A DNA stretch of 64,000 nt from an uncultured Muribaculaceae bacterium (GCA_964473455.1 CAYYQX010000001.1:51086-115085); one strand, 5' to 3'. Positions 39,332-49,342 are shown, counted from the stretch's first letter. The notes: a model not told the origin generated them from the sequence alone. Program-made: numbers and translations.

Positions 39332-40787
39332 AAGCGTTTACTCTTTTCCCTTGTGAATTTTCGGCTGTATTTACTGATATTACACTAGTCCAGTTTGAAT
39401 TATCAATAGAAGCATATGTTACGTTACTGTTATAGGTTCTAGAATCTCCATAATAGTGCCAAACAGCAATTTCATCAAGATCATATATTGCGCCTAAATC
39501 AAGTATAACGCATTGTAAACCAGTAGATAAAAATGTATAGTTTGTTGTTGTTATATCTCCATCAGTTATATAAGTTGCTCCGTTTACAGTAGATGTTCCT
39601 GTTACTGTTTTTCCCTTAGCTAAATTGACACCATTTTTAATGGCTTGTAATTCTACCCAGTGATTATCAGAATCAGATGAACTGCCGTTTATACAGTCTT
39701 TGATATATCTAACATTGTTTAAATTTTCGTTAGTTACTACTGGATCGGTATCTGAAAAATAAGATATTTTTGCCATACCGTTTCCTTCATTTACTCCTGC
39801 TTCCATATAACCATCTAGAAAATAAAGACTCGAATAATGTAAGGTGCTTCCTGTTGGAGTTGTACTTGAAGAAGATGTTATACCATTTACTCCAGCATAA
39901 CCTGATATAAAAGATGAACCACCGGCTCCAGAGGATACACCACTCGATATATATCCGGAACCGCCACCTCCATAATAGCCTGATCCACCACCACTACCAT
40001 GGCTAACGTTACTAGCACCGCCGGCACCAAATACTCCTGGCATACCAACTCCTGCTGATCCACCAGCTGTTCCACCTGATTTTTGTGTTCCTCCTGTTGC
40101 TAAGGTGTGCGCTACAGAACTAACATTTAACTGCCCATTTAGTCCTATAAGGCACCCTCCAGCTCCACCCGAAACAGCATTTACCCAATTGGATGCACCA
40201 GCACCGCCTGAAGCAACCATTATTCTAGAAGCTAATGATTCAGCACTATTCCAAGCACCAGAAGTTATTCTGATATCTGTTGACCCACCGCCCCCACCAG
40301 AATTTTGTTCAGAAGTGCCGCCAACTAGTCCGGCTCCTCCTCCGTTATAACCACCCAAAGCTTGGGTGCCAATTAAAGTACCTCCATCTTGCCCTTTACC
40401 ACCAATATATATATATAGTGTTTGATTTGCAGTTAGAAAAATTTTCCCATTAATGTATGACCCCTTGCCACCAAGAACAATACTGCCTGTCCCATTAGCA
40501 TTATATCTTGTATTTCCTCCTTGAGCTCCCCAAAGCTCAATTTCATACCACCCAGAATAAGGTGCGGTAAAAGTTTGGCTACTTCCAGTATACGAAAAAA
40601 ATCTTTCATAAACTCCATCATTTGTGTTTTCTTCATCCAAAGATGTTTTAACATCGTTCTTTATTTTGTTTAAAATTAATTTACTATTAATCATAGCTAT
40701 CATAAGCATAGACAAAATAACTATAAAAATAACTAAAATAGAATATAAAAAACCTGTTATCACAAAACCCTTATTGTTTTTTTTCAT
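39321..40787 (-). CDS. membrane-anchored (degenerate prepilin-like) glycine-rich-module protein with a discoidin-like C-terminal domain
   Basis: Start ATG 40785-40787 with AGGTGG upstream. N-terminus MKKNNKG|FVITGFLYSILVIFIVIL (no Glu at +5). Gly-rich module FSYTGSSQTFTAPYSGWYEIELWGAQGG...GGYNGGGAG...GGGGGSTDIR...VASGGAGA...GGGSGYYGGGGSG...GNGMAKISY. C-terminus NVRYIKDCINGS...NHWVELQAI...LQCVILDLGAIYDLDEIAVWHY...SNWTSV. Paralog of 59711-62083. Confidence 0.75.
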   Translation of the reverse strand: MKKNNKGFVITGFLYSILVIFIVILSMLMIAMINSKLILNKIKNDVKTSLDEENTNDGVYERFFSYTGSSQTFTAPYSGWYEIELWGAQGGNTRYNANGTGSIVLGGKGSYINGKIFLTANQTLYIYIGGKGQDGGTLIGTQALGGYNGGGAGLVGGTSEQNSGGGGGSTDIRITSGAWNSAESLASRIMVASGGAGASNWVNAVSGGAGGCLIGLNGQLNVSSVAHTLATGGTQKSGGTAGGSAGVGMPGVFGAGGASNVSHGSGGGSGYYGGGGSGYISSGVSSGAGGSSFISGYAGVNGITSSSSTTPTGSTLHYSSLYFLDGYMEAGVNEGNGMAKISYFSDTDPVVTNENLNNVRYIKDCINGSSSDSDNHWVELQAIKNGVNLAKGKTVTGTSTVNGATYITDGDITTTNYTFLSTGLQCVILDLGAIYDLDEIAVWHYYGDSRTYNSNVTYASIDNSNWTSVISVNTAENSQGKRVNAYEE

Positions 40788-40807
40788 ATATACCACCTAT
40801 TTTAATA

Positions 40808-40836
40808 ATTATATAATAAGATTAAATCAATGTAAA
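40808..40836 (-). promoter_or_regulatory. sigma-A promoter of the glycine-rich gene / rsmE unit
   Basis: Minus strand TTTACA (40836-31), 17-nt spacer, TATAAT (40813-08). Confidence 0.6.
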
Positions 40837-40837
40837 T

Positions 40838-40859
40838 AAAAAGACAGATTTTATCTGCC
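40838..40859 (-). terminator. intrinsic terminator after the 271-aa ORF
   Basis: Minus strand GGCAGAT-AAA-ATCTGTC (one G-U pair) followed by TTTTTATTT. Overlaps the stop of the 271-aa gene. Confidence 0.55.
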
Positions 40860-41666
40860 TAATGTTTTTTGACGACCTTTACCTATAACTGCATTATCTT
40901 CAATAATCTGTTTCAATCTTCTATCAGGTTGTACCAAACCTTGTAGTTTTTCTACTAAAGTTAATGGCTGAATATACGGATGAAATAAAGGGTCGTTTCC
41001 CAATTCCTTACATACATTCCTCATTCCAAGATTATTTAATTGTTCAAACACAATTCTTAATATTTCTTTTAAGTGATCAGTATTTAATATTTCTTTGACA
41101 TATCGATCAAAGTGTTTTTCATCTGTTTCAAAAAATTCTTGATTCTCACCAGAAATATAACCAATGCCTATTCCTTCTTGAAGTGTAGTTAATTTTATTC
41201 TAAATATTTTATCGCCAATCTGTTCAAAATATTGAAAATGATTTCTTTCTTCTTCGCTCTTGTCTATTTGTATAATTATTCTACAGTTGTCAGCAAGCGC
41301 GATATCTAATTCCATTAATGTTTCTTTTAATCTCAAACAAAGAAGTATTTTATCTCCTAAACCAGTACATGTAATAGACTTCCTAGGATGTCCATTTTCT
41401 GGGTGGAAACTAATTCTTTTTGAAAGACCTTTGTCATTCATTTCAATAGCAGCTTGATTATTATTGTATATTTGAATATGTATATTTTGCTTTCCCCAAG
41501 TACTTCTTAATTCTACTTTTCCTTCTTCTTCTGTTTTATCAGTTAAATGCACTACTGGATTTAGACTGTCAAAAGTAATGTTTGTAATATTAAATGTACC
41601 ATTAATTAGTCTTAGATTAAAAAGCTCTAGGAGCTGATTAATTGTTTCATATTGTTTTTGATTCAT
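40851..41666 (-). CDS. hypothetical protein (271 aa)
   Basis: Long ORF starting 8 nt after the RNase J stop. No recognisable motif. Confidence 0.55.
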   Translation of the reverse strand: MNQKQYETINQLLELFNLRLINGTFNITNITFDSLNPVVHLTDKTEEEGKVELRSTWGKQNIHIQIYNNNQAAIEMNDKGLSKRISFHPENGHPRKSITCTGLGDKILLCLRLKETLMELDIALADNCRIIIQIDKSEEERNHFQYFEQIGDKIFRIKLTTLQEGIGIGYISGENQEFFETDEKHFDRYVKEILNTDHLKEILRIVFEQLNNLGMRNVCKELGNDPLFHPYIQPLTLVEKLQGLVQPDRRLKQIIEDNAVIGKGRQKTLGR

Positions 41667-41674
41667 TTATCCCC

Positions 41675-43318
41675 CTAAATTTCTGTAATCAACAATAAAA
41701 TCATTGGATTACATTCTGTTTCTTTATAAAAAAGTTTACTAAGTTCTTTTCTGATTTCTAATTTTAATTTATTAAATTCAACATAATTACTCTTTATATT
41801 ATTATTTAATACTTTGATCGTTTCTTCTTTTGTTTTTTCTAATAATTTTTCATCTTTTTCAATATATATAAAGCCTTTGGTATAAACTTCTGGTTTAATA
41901 AGCAGTTTTTTAGTATTTCTATCTAAAGTGATACTTACTATTACAACCCCATTATCACCTAATATTTCTCGATCTTTTATAACTGCTTCACCAATGTCGC
42001 CAACAGTTTTACCGTCTATTAATATCTCATCTGTTAGAACTACTTCATCTGTGTTTTTTAAGTTCTTATTTTCAATTTTAACAACACTACCATTTAATTT
42101 TAAAAGAATATTCTCTTCTTTCATCCCGGCTTTGATAGCGCAGTTTCTATTTTCTACTTGTTCTTTATATTCACCAATGACAGGAAAATAATACCTTGGA
42201 TTAAGTAAATTTATCATAAGCATTAAATCTTCTGATGAAGCGTGAAGAGAAAGATGTTTGTTGGTTGGAATAATCATTATTTCTGAGCCTATTCTAGCAA
42301 TAGCGTCATATACTCTTGAAGCTGATTTTTCCATCCCTGGATATACTGGAGATGTGAATACTATTAAATCATCTTCTCTAAGTTTAATAAACTTGTCATA
42401 ACCATTTATTATTCTATTAATGTTTGAAAAGCTATTTTCTCTTTCATCAGCTATTATAATTACAACATTATCTATATTACAGTTATTGATGTCTTCAAAT
42501 CTTGATTTATCAAAGTTAATATATTTCTCATCTATGGCTTTTTTTATAGTTGACTCCAATGTTTTACCCATAATTATTACTTTTTTATCAGTCAACATAA
42601 CTTGATCTAACAATTCTTGAATGTGATAGATTTGTCCTTTAAAAATATTAAACATTATCCTTTTGTTTGATTTTGAAAATATTTCTTGAACTATTTTACT
42701 TATACGATGATTTGGAGAAGTAAATCCTATTTTTGAAGCAGCAAGGCTTTCTGCCAAAAGACAAAGCACTCCTTGTTTACCAACATATGCGATTTTACCA
42801 ATATCCATTTTATATGAATCCATCATCATAGGGTCAAACATAAAGTTACCCGTATATACAATAGCGCCATCTTCTGTATTTAAAACATACATTACAGAGT
42901 TCGGAATAGAATGATTTACTCTTATTGGAAAAATACTATTCTTTCCAAATTCTATTTTTACATGTGGCGTTATAGTAATTAGATTAGCTTTTACGCTTTC
43001 TTTTTCTAACTCTTCTTTTATTATATCTATATTGAATGGGGTTGCAAAAACCGGCACATTTTCAAGCTCTAATAAAATATCAGTAAGAGCTCCTATATGC
43101 GCTTCATGAGCATGAGTTATAAAAATACCTTTTATTCTTTCTTTATTTTCTTTTAAATAATCAAAATTAGGTATTATATAATCTATTCCAAGTTGACCAC
43201 CTTCTGGGTGTTTTAGTCCGGCATCAAAAACAAATATATCTTCATCTACTTCAACAATATACATGTTTTTACCGTTTTCGTTTAATCCTCCTAAACTAAA
43301 TATTTTTATTTTATTCAT
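41675..43318 (-). CDS. rnj: ribonuclease J
   Basis: Metallo-beta-lactamase/beta-CASP: IFSLGGLNENGKNMY, ITHAHEAHIGAL, and a C-terminal RNase J domain. Start set at ATG 43316-43318 (MNKIKIF...). Confidence 0.9.
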   Translation of the reverse strand: MNKIKIFSLGGLNENGKNMYIVEVDEDIFVFDAGLKHPEGGQLGIDYIIPNFDYLKENKERIKGIFITHAHEAHIGALTDILLELENVPVFATPFNIDIIKEELEKESVKANLITITPHVKIEFGKNSIFPIRVNHSIPNSVMYVLNTEDGAIVYTGNFMFDPMMMDSYKMDIGKIAYVGKQGVLCLLAESLAASKIGFTSPNHRISKIVQEIFSKSNKRIMFNIFKGQIYHIQELLDQVMLTDKKVIIMGKTLESTIKKAIDEKYINFDKSRFEDINNCNIDNVVIIIADERENSFSNINRIINGYDKFIKLREDDLIVFTSPVYPGMEKSASRVYDAIARIGSEIMIIPTNKHLSLHASSEDLMLMINLLNPRYYFPVIGEYKEQVENRNCAIKAGMKEENILLKLNGSVVKIENKNLKNTDEVVLTDEILIDGKTVGDIGEAVIKDREILGDNGVVIVSITLDRNTKKLLIKPEVYTKGFIYIEKDEKLLEKTKEETIKVLNNNIKSNYVEFNKLKLEIRKELSKLFYKETECNPMILLLITEI

Positions 43319-43376
43319 AAGTTTCCTTTCTTTAAGTCTTCCCATTATAGCAAATACAAGAATGCAATGTCAAAAA

Positions 43377-44213
43377 TTAATTTATTTCAATAACCCCAAT
43401 GTCCATTTTATATAAAAAGTTGAAATGCTTAAATATCTTTGCAGAATAACTAAGTTTTATAATACCATATGACACTATAAAAAGCACGCTATTTATTTTC
43501 ATCAGTCCACGAACATTTTTAGGGAAAAGAGTTTTTTCCGGTGAGATTAAACCGTTATTCCCTTTCCATTTAGGCATCAAGCCTCCATGAGTATGACCAG
43601 ATAATACCAAATCAATCTTTTCAAAATTTTTGATTTCTTTACTCATTAAATCCTTTGAACTGTGAGTAAGTAAAATATTATAGTTGTCCTTTATTACAAA
43701 TTTTTGCTTATTAAATTCTTCAACAAACATATCATTATTTTTACATTTATCTTTATAGTAATTACTTGATACAGTATACCCTATAAAATTAATATTATTT
43801 TCTAAATATGTTTCGTTATCTAAAACAATGATGTTTTTTACTTCTTTTATACATTTTATTGTCTTTTCTTTGTCTTCTTTTTTATAGTCATCATATTCTT
43901 TTTTGGTTGTGTTTCTCATTTCGTGATTTCCAAAAATGATTATGACCTTTGAGATAACAGATAAATCTTTTAAAAATTTGTGAAAAGCTTTTCTTTCTTT
44001 TATATTATCTAAAACATACTTGTCATCAATTAAATCTCCTGTTATACATATATAATTTGGACTTATTTTTTTTACTAATTTTAGTATAACTTCAAATCTT
44101 TCTACTTTAAAAGATTTGTGAAAATGAATATCTGATATGTGGACTATCTTTGTCTTAATTCTTTTTTTTGTCTGTATTTTGTATTCTAACACATTGCATT
44201 CTTTTTTATTCAT
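43377..44213 (-). CDS. calcineurin-like metallophosphoesterase
   Basis: HISDIHF, ITGDLID, FGNHE and SGHTHGG motifs. Confidence 0.75.
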   Translation of the reverse strand: MNKKECNVLEYKIQTKKRIKTKIVHISDIHFHKSFKVERFEVILKLVKKISPNYICITGDLIDDKYVLDNIKERKAFHKFLKDLSVISKVIIIFGNHEMRNTTKKEYDDYKKEDKEKTIKCIKEVKNIIVLDNETYLENNINFIGYTVSSNYYKDKCKNNDMFVEEFNKQKFVIKDNYNILLTHSSKDLMSKEIKNFEKIDLVLSGHTHGGLMPKWKGNNGLISPEKTLFPKNVRGLMKINSVLFIVSYGIIKLSYSAKIFKHFNFLYKMDIGVIEIN

Positions 44214-44252
44214 AAATTATTTTACCATTTAACTCTAACTTTTTTTGATTTC

Positions 44253-46379
44253 TCATTTCATACTTCTTTCAACTTCAATCACATTGTTTAAACTCTTTAA
44301 ATCTTCAATATATTTTTCTAGTTCTTTAACGTCTCTTACTAAAACAGTTATTTCATACAAAAAATTATCACTGTTGTTAATGAAATTAGTACTTTGAACT
44401 ACAATATCATTATTGGAAGTTTTAGCAATTACATCTAATAAAACATTTTTATTATCAAGTGTGTGAATAAGAATATTTGTAGGATATTTTTTTGTGATTT
44501 TATCATTCCACTCAACATTAATTATTCTATCTGTTGTATTTAAGATGTTTGGACATTCTGCTTTATGAACAGAAATTCCATTTCCTTTTGTTATATAGCC
44601 TATTATTTTGTCTCCGGGAATTGGCATACAACAAGCCGCAATATTTACTTTTATCTTATCAATTCCTTTAACAATAATATCGTCTTTTATTATAACCTTA
44701 GGAGCTTCTTTGTTTTCTGTTTTTTTAAGAATTATTTCTTCTTTTGATAGGTTCTTATTATAAACAGTATTTATAATACTATTAACTGGTATTTTGTTAG
44801 ACGCAATTGCGATATACAATTCATCTAATTTCTCCAGCTTAAATTCTGTTAAAACTTTAGAAATATTTTGTTCCACTAAAAAATCATTTGAACTTATTTT
44901 TTTCTTTCTAAGTTCTTTTGCAAGCATTTCTGTTCCTATTTTTAGATAATCTTTTTTTTCTATTTTACTAAAGTACGCTCTTATTTTATTTTTTGCTTGA
45001 TTTGTTTTGGCAATATTTATCCATTCTTTAGATGGCGTACTTGTATTATTTGTGTTTATCTTAACAATATCATTATCTTGCAATTCATAGTCTAAAGAAA
45101 CAATTGTATTATTTACTATTGCTCCAACCATTTTATTACCAACTTGTGTATGAACTTTATAAGCAAAATCTATGGGTGTTGATCCAATTGGAAGTTCAAC
45201 CGCATCTCCATTTGGAGTAAAAACATAGACACTATCTTTAAACATTTCTTCATCAGCATTTTTTGTCTCTTCTTCGTCACTAAGATTCATAAGAGATTTA
45301 AAAAACTGTAGTTTTTGTTCCATAGCACTTTGAAGACTAACTTTGCCGCCTTCTTTATATGACCAGTGCGATGCGATTCCATTTTCGGCAATACGGTCCA
45401 TTTCTTCAGTTCTTATTTGAATTTCAAAGCAATTGCCTTTTGGTCCGAAAACTGTAGTGTGAAGAGACTGATACATATTTGATTTTGGCATTGCGATATA
45501 GTCTTTAAATCTTTTTGGAACAGGTTTGTATTTGGCATGAATAAGACCTAGCGCTTGATAGCATTCGTTTTCTGTATCAACAAAAACCCTAAGAGCTAAC
45601 AGGTCATATATATCATCAAAAGTTCTTCCTTTATTTAACTTAGTATAAATACTGTATATGGCTTTTGCTCTACCTTTAATTTTGTGTTTAATGCCATTTG
45701 CCGTAAGTATATCCGATACTTCTTTGATCATTTTTTCAACCAAAGCTTCTCTTTCAACTTTTGTTTGATTTAATTTTTCTGAAATTGAATAATATGCTTC
45801 TGGTTTTAAATATCTTAGAGATAAATCCTCTAATTCACTTTTTATATTGTTCATTCCTAATCTATGAGCAATTGGAACCAATATATCTAGCGTTTCTTTA
45901 GCTTTTAATTTTCTTTGATCTTCCGTAAGAGCCCAAATAGTTCTCATATTATCTAATCTATCAACAAGTTTAATAATTATTACTCGAACGTCTTTACTTA
46001 ATCCAACAAGTATTTTTTTATGATTTTCAATAACTACTTCGCTGTCACCAAAAAAATTTAGCTTGTTTATTTTTACAACTCCTGTTACTAATTCATATAT
46101 TTCATTACTAAATTCCTTTTTTAATTCTTCATTTAGTTCTGGATGTTTATCTAAGGTATCGTGAAGTAAAGCTGAGCTTATTGTTTGATAATCAGCTTTA
46201 ATGTCAGATAAAATATATGCCACGTTTAAAGGATGAATAATATAATTATCCCCATTAATTCGTTTTTCGTTTTCATGCGCTTGAGAAGCAAAAAAATAAG
46301 CTGATTCAATTACTTTTAAATCTTCTTTTTTTATATAATCAAGTTTATCTATTAAGTCTTTTAATGTTGTTATTTTCAT
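44253..46379 (-). CDS. relA: bifunctional (p)ppGpp synthetase/hydrolase (long RSH)
   Basis: HD hydrolase region (HPLNVAYIL, HDTLD), synthetase region (RAKAIYSIYTKL, YQSLHT), TGS (VFTPNGDAVELPIGSTPIDFAY) and a C-terminal ACT-like domain. Confidence 0.93.
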   Translation of the reverse strand: MKITTLKDLIDKLDYIKKEDLKVIESAYFFASQAHENEKRINGDNYIIHPLNVAYILSDIKADYQTISSALLHDTLDKHPELNEELKKEFSNEIYELVTGVVKINKLNFFGDSEVVIENHKKILVGLSKDVRVIIIKLVDRLDNMRTIWALTEDQRKLKAKETLDILVPIAHRLGMNNIKSELEDLSLRYLKPEAYYSISEKLNQTKVEREALVEKMIKEVSDILTANGIKHKIKGRAKAIYSIYTKLNKGRTFDDIYDLLALRVFVDTENECYQALGLIHAKYKPVPKRFKDYIAMPKSNMYQSLHTTVFGPKGNCFEIQIRTEEMDRIAENGIASHWSYKEGGKVSLQSAMEQKLQFFKSLMNLSDEEETKNADEEMFKDSVYVFTPNGDAVELPIGSTPIDFAYKVHTQVGNKMVGAIVNNTIVSLDYELQDNDIVKINTNNTSTPSKEWINIAKTNQAKNKIRAYFSKIEKKDYLKIGTEMLAKELRKKKISSNDFLVEQNISKVLTEFKLEKLDELYIAIASNKIPVNSIINTVYNKNLSKEEIILKKTENKEAPKVIIKDDIIVKGIDKIKVNIAACCMPIPGDKIIGYITKGNGISVHKAECPNILNTTDRIINVEWNDKITKKYPTNILIHTLDNKNVLLDVIAKTSNNDIVVQSTNFINNSDNFLYEITVLVRDVKELEKYIEDLKSLNNVIEVERSMK

Positions 46380-46433
46380 GCTTTCACTTCCTAAAATAAG
46401 TTTATCATTTACATAGTTTTAAATCAAGAAAAT

Positions 46434-46455
46434 AAAAAAGTTAGGAATTCCTAAC
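46434..46455 (-). terminator. intrinsic terminator of the 200-aa ORF
   Basis: Minus strand GTTAGG-AATT-CCTAAC followed by TTTTTTATT. The stem contains the TAG stop. Confidence 0.7.
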
Positions 46456-47053
46456 CATAGTTAACCATCGATAAAATTTCTCTTGTTTGTTTGCATAGTC
46501 TTTTTTCTCTTTCGGGAATAATTTGGCCGTTCAAAAATTTAACAGCTAGTTCCTCTGACCCATTTTTTGCATTCGCAATAGTGTCAGCTATAACTTCTAA
46601 AATTACGTCTGGTAAATCATATATTTCATTACTCCATGTGGTTAAATCACAATAGGTTCTAGTAATTAAGGCTCCTATTATTTTGGGATGTGTATAAGTA
46701 GCAACTAAGGAATCAAAATCTAAAATATATTTCATTAGTTTTAACTTATCGCCTATCTCATCTTTAAATAAAGCTCTTTTTTCAGTCTCAGTTACACATT
46801 TTTCTAAATTAATAATTTGTTCAACTGCAAAGCCACTTCTAAAATGCTTTAATAAATCCAAGTCTAGTTTCCCAGAACATATTAGCATCCTTATATGCAT
46901 AAAAAAAGCTCTTGTTAAATCTACGCTATTTCTTCCTGAAATAATTTGTTTTAATTTTTCTTTACTGTTTAGTATTTCTTCAACAGTTCCAATTTGCTTA
47001 ATTATATTGTTACACAAGTCATCACTATAGTTTAGTTTTACTCCTTGGTGCAT
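46451..47053 (-). CDS. hypothetical protein (200 aa, apparently all-helical)
   Basis: ORF flanked by hairpin terminators on both sides, so apparently monocistronic. No family recognised. Confidence 0.55.
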   Translation of the reverse strand: MHQGVKLNYSDDLCNNIIKQIGTVEEILNSKEKLKQIISGRNSVDLTRAFFMHIRMLICSGKLDLDLLKHFRSGFAVEQIINLEKCVTETEKRALFKDEIGDKLKLMKYILDFDSLVATYTHPKIIGALITRTYCDLTTWSNEIYDLPDVILEVIADTIANAKNGSEELAVKFLNGQIIPEREKRLCKQTREILSMVNYG

Positions 47054-47106
47054 AAAAACCCCTCTTCCGGCTTTATATAATAATAGTTATTCTTCTTTTT
47101 GTCAAG

Positions 47107-47132
47107 AAAAAAGTTAGAAATTCTAACTTTTT
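47107..47132 (-). terminator. bidirectional-looking intrinsic terminator after secDF
   Basis: AAAAAAGTTAGA-AAT-TCTAACTTTTT: a stem flanked by an A-run and a T-run. The stem sequence is nearly the same as that of the terminator at 46434-46455. Confidence 0.7.
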
Positions 47133-47146
47133 AATTAAAACTTATT

Positions 47147-49342
47147 CTATTCTTCATACCACTTCTTTTTATTTATCTTGCCAATATTTTTTTTCTCCAT
47201 GTAATACCATATTTGACTAGCAATCAATATACTAGACATTGTTCCAAAAATCAAACCTATAAATAAAGCTATATTGAAATTTAATATTTCATATGAACCA
47301 AATATAATTAAAGCAATTACAGGAAAAAGAGTTGTTAGAGTTGTTATGATGCTTCTGTTTAATGTTTTTTTAATAGAAACATTAACTACGTCTTTTAAGT
47401 CTTCTTCTTTAAACTGTAAGCCAAGCTCATTTCTTTTTTCTCTAATTCTATCAAAAGTTACGATACTGTCATTTATTGAATAACCTATTATAGAAAGAAT
47501 AGCTGCAATAAACAAACCTGAAACTTCTAAATTAAATAAACTAAATATTACAACAACAAGTAAAACATCATGCACTAAAGCAATTATTCCACCTACTGCA
47601 TAATTAAACTTAAATCGCATTGAAATATAGATAATAATTCCAATTGAAGCAAATATTAAAGCTTTTATTGCATTAAAGATTAAATCTTTTTTAACAACAT
47701 TAGAAATAACACCTATTTCAGTATAAGCACTATACTTATCATAAAAATATGTGTTTACTTCATTTACTTTTTCTCCGTCTATTACATCACTGATTGTTAA
47801 AATATAATTTGTTTCACTTATTTTATCAATGTCTACAAGTTCATAATTCAAACCTTTTATATCATTGATTATTTCTTCCTGAGTAATATTAGAAGCTTTT
47901 ATATTGACGCTTGTTCCACCTCTAAAATCAAGGCCTAAATTCAATCCTTTAAAAATTAATGAACCTATTCCTATTAATATAAAAAATCCGATAAAAATAA
48001 TATATTTCTTGCCTAGTTTTACAAATTCTAGTTTTTTAAATCGTTCTTTTTTTTCTTTCACATATCCAACAAATAGTTTTTCTTTATTATCAAAAAATCC
48101 AGTTTGAACGAAAAACTTCAAAAGATATCTTATAAAGTAAACCATTATTATGAAAGTTACAAAAATACTTAACATTAACATCGTTGCAAAACCTTTAACA
48201 CTACTTTCTCCAAATATAAATAATACTAAAGCAACTATAAATGTTGTTATGTTAGCGTCCATTATCGTTAAAAACGAATTTTTGTTACCATTCTTAAAAG
48301 CAGTTTGAAGGCTTTTTCCTTCTTTAAGTTCATCTTTTATTCTGGCAAAATTGATAACTGCCGCATCGATGCTCATTCCAATACCTATCACTAAAGCTGC
48401 GATCCCAGGTAATGTTAAGACACCACCTATTAAATAAAAAAGTAGAAAAGCTAAATATGTATAAACAAGAATTCCAAGACATGAGATTAATCCGGCAAAG
48501 CGATAAATTAAAGTCATAGCAGCCATAATTAAAACTATGCCAATGATTCCGGCAAATAAACTCTTATTTAATGTATCACTACCAAATTCAGCTGTTATTG
48601 TTCTTGAAGAAATTTCTTTTAAATTGGTAGGCATAGAACCAGAGTTTATTAAATTAACTAAGTTCTCAACCTTTTCTTGAGTAAATTTATTTTCTCCTTT
48701 TGGGCCACTTATAATAACATCTCCTGAAAATCCTTGAGAAACCGTTGCAGCACTTAAACAGTTAGAAGAATCATTTCCACAAACTTTTCCTTCAACACTA
48801 AAAGAATCACCTTCTTCATAATCTAACCAAATAACAATAGTTTTATCTTCACTTTCACTAATTGCTTTTGTTACTTGATAAAACGTGTCTTTATCTTTTA
48901 TTGCAAGTGAAACTGCTGGGTTTAAGGACTCATCTGTTGTAACTTTTGCCCCACCACTTTTTAAAACTTCACTAGTCATAAGTAAAGTGTCCGCTGTATC
49001 TCTAAAAGTTAATACTGCTTGTTTACCCAAAATCACTCTTGCTTCATCAGGGTCTTCAATACCAGCAAGACCTACTCTTATCCTATTGTCACCTTCAATG
49101 GTTATGGATGGTTCTGAAACACCCAATACATCGATTCTTTTTAAAAGTGTTTTATATGTATTAGATACCATGTCTGTTGTTAGTTCTTCCCCTATTGGTT
49201 CTACTTGATATAACACTTCAAAACCACCTTGTAAATCTAAACCATAATTTAAGTTTTTAAATAAAAGGTTAAATGTTAATCCTATTGCCAGTACAATTCC
49301 TATTATTAATAAACTAATCCCTGTTTTCTTCATTTTCTTCAC
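47147..49342 (-). CDS. secDF: fused protein translocase subunit SecDF
   Basis: 731 aa, about 12 TM segments. SecD-type periplasmic loop and GLDLQGG / GLDFRGG motifs opening the SecD and SecF halves. Confidence 0.92.
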   Translation of the reverse strand: MKKMKKTGISLLIIGIVLAIGLTFNLLFKNLNYGLDLQGGFEVLYQVEPIGEELTTDMVSNTYKTLLKRIDVLGVSEPSITIEGDNRIRVGLAGIEDPDEARVILGKQAVLTFRDTADTLLMTSEVLKSGGAKVTTDESLNPAVSLAIKDKDTFYQVTKAISESEDKTIVIWLDYEEGDSFSVEGKVCGNDSSNCLSAATVSQGFSGDVIISGPKGENKFTQEKVENLVNLINSGSMPTNLKEISSRTITAEFGSDTLNKSLFAGIIGIVLIMAAMTLIYRFAGLISCLGILVYTYLAFLLFYLIGGVLTLPGIAALVIGIGMSIDAAVINFARIKDELKEGKSLQTAFKNGNKNSFLTIMDANITTFIVALVLFIFGESSVKGFATMLMLSIFVTFIIMVYFIRYLLKFFVQTGFFDNKEKLFVGYVKEKKERFKKLEFVKLGKKYIIFIGFFILIGIGSLIFKGLNLGLDFRGGTSVNIKASNITQEEIINDIKGLNYELVDIDKISETNYILTISDVIDGEKVNEVNTYFYDKYSAYTEIGVISNVVKKDLIFNAIKALIFASIGIIIYISMRFKFNYAVGGIIALVHDVLLVVVIFSLFNLEVSGLFIAAILSIIGYSINDSIVTFDRIREKRNELGLQFKEEDLKDVVNVSIKKTLNRSIITTLTTLFPVIALIIFGSYEILNFNIALFIGLIFGTMSSILIASQIWYYMEKKNIGKINKKKWYEE

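Noticed and set aside
39887-40654. Alternative-frame and antisense ORFs inside the glycine-rich gene (39887-40075, 40105-40350, 40433-40654), including a Pro-rich one.
   Set aside because: They are a composition artefact. Runs of GGN glycine codons are locally GC-rich and stop-poor in other frames (GGN read antisense gives Pro/Thr/Ala). The long frame has the RBS and the paralog support.
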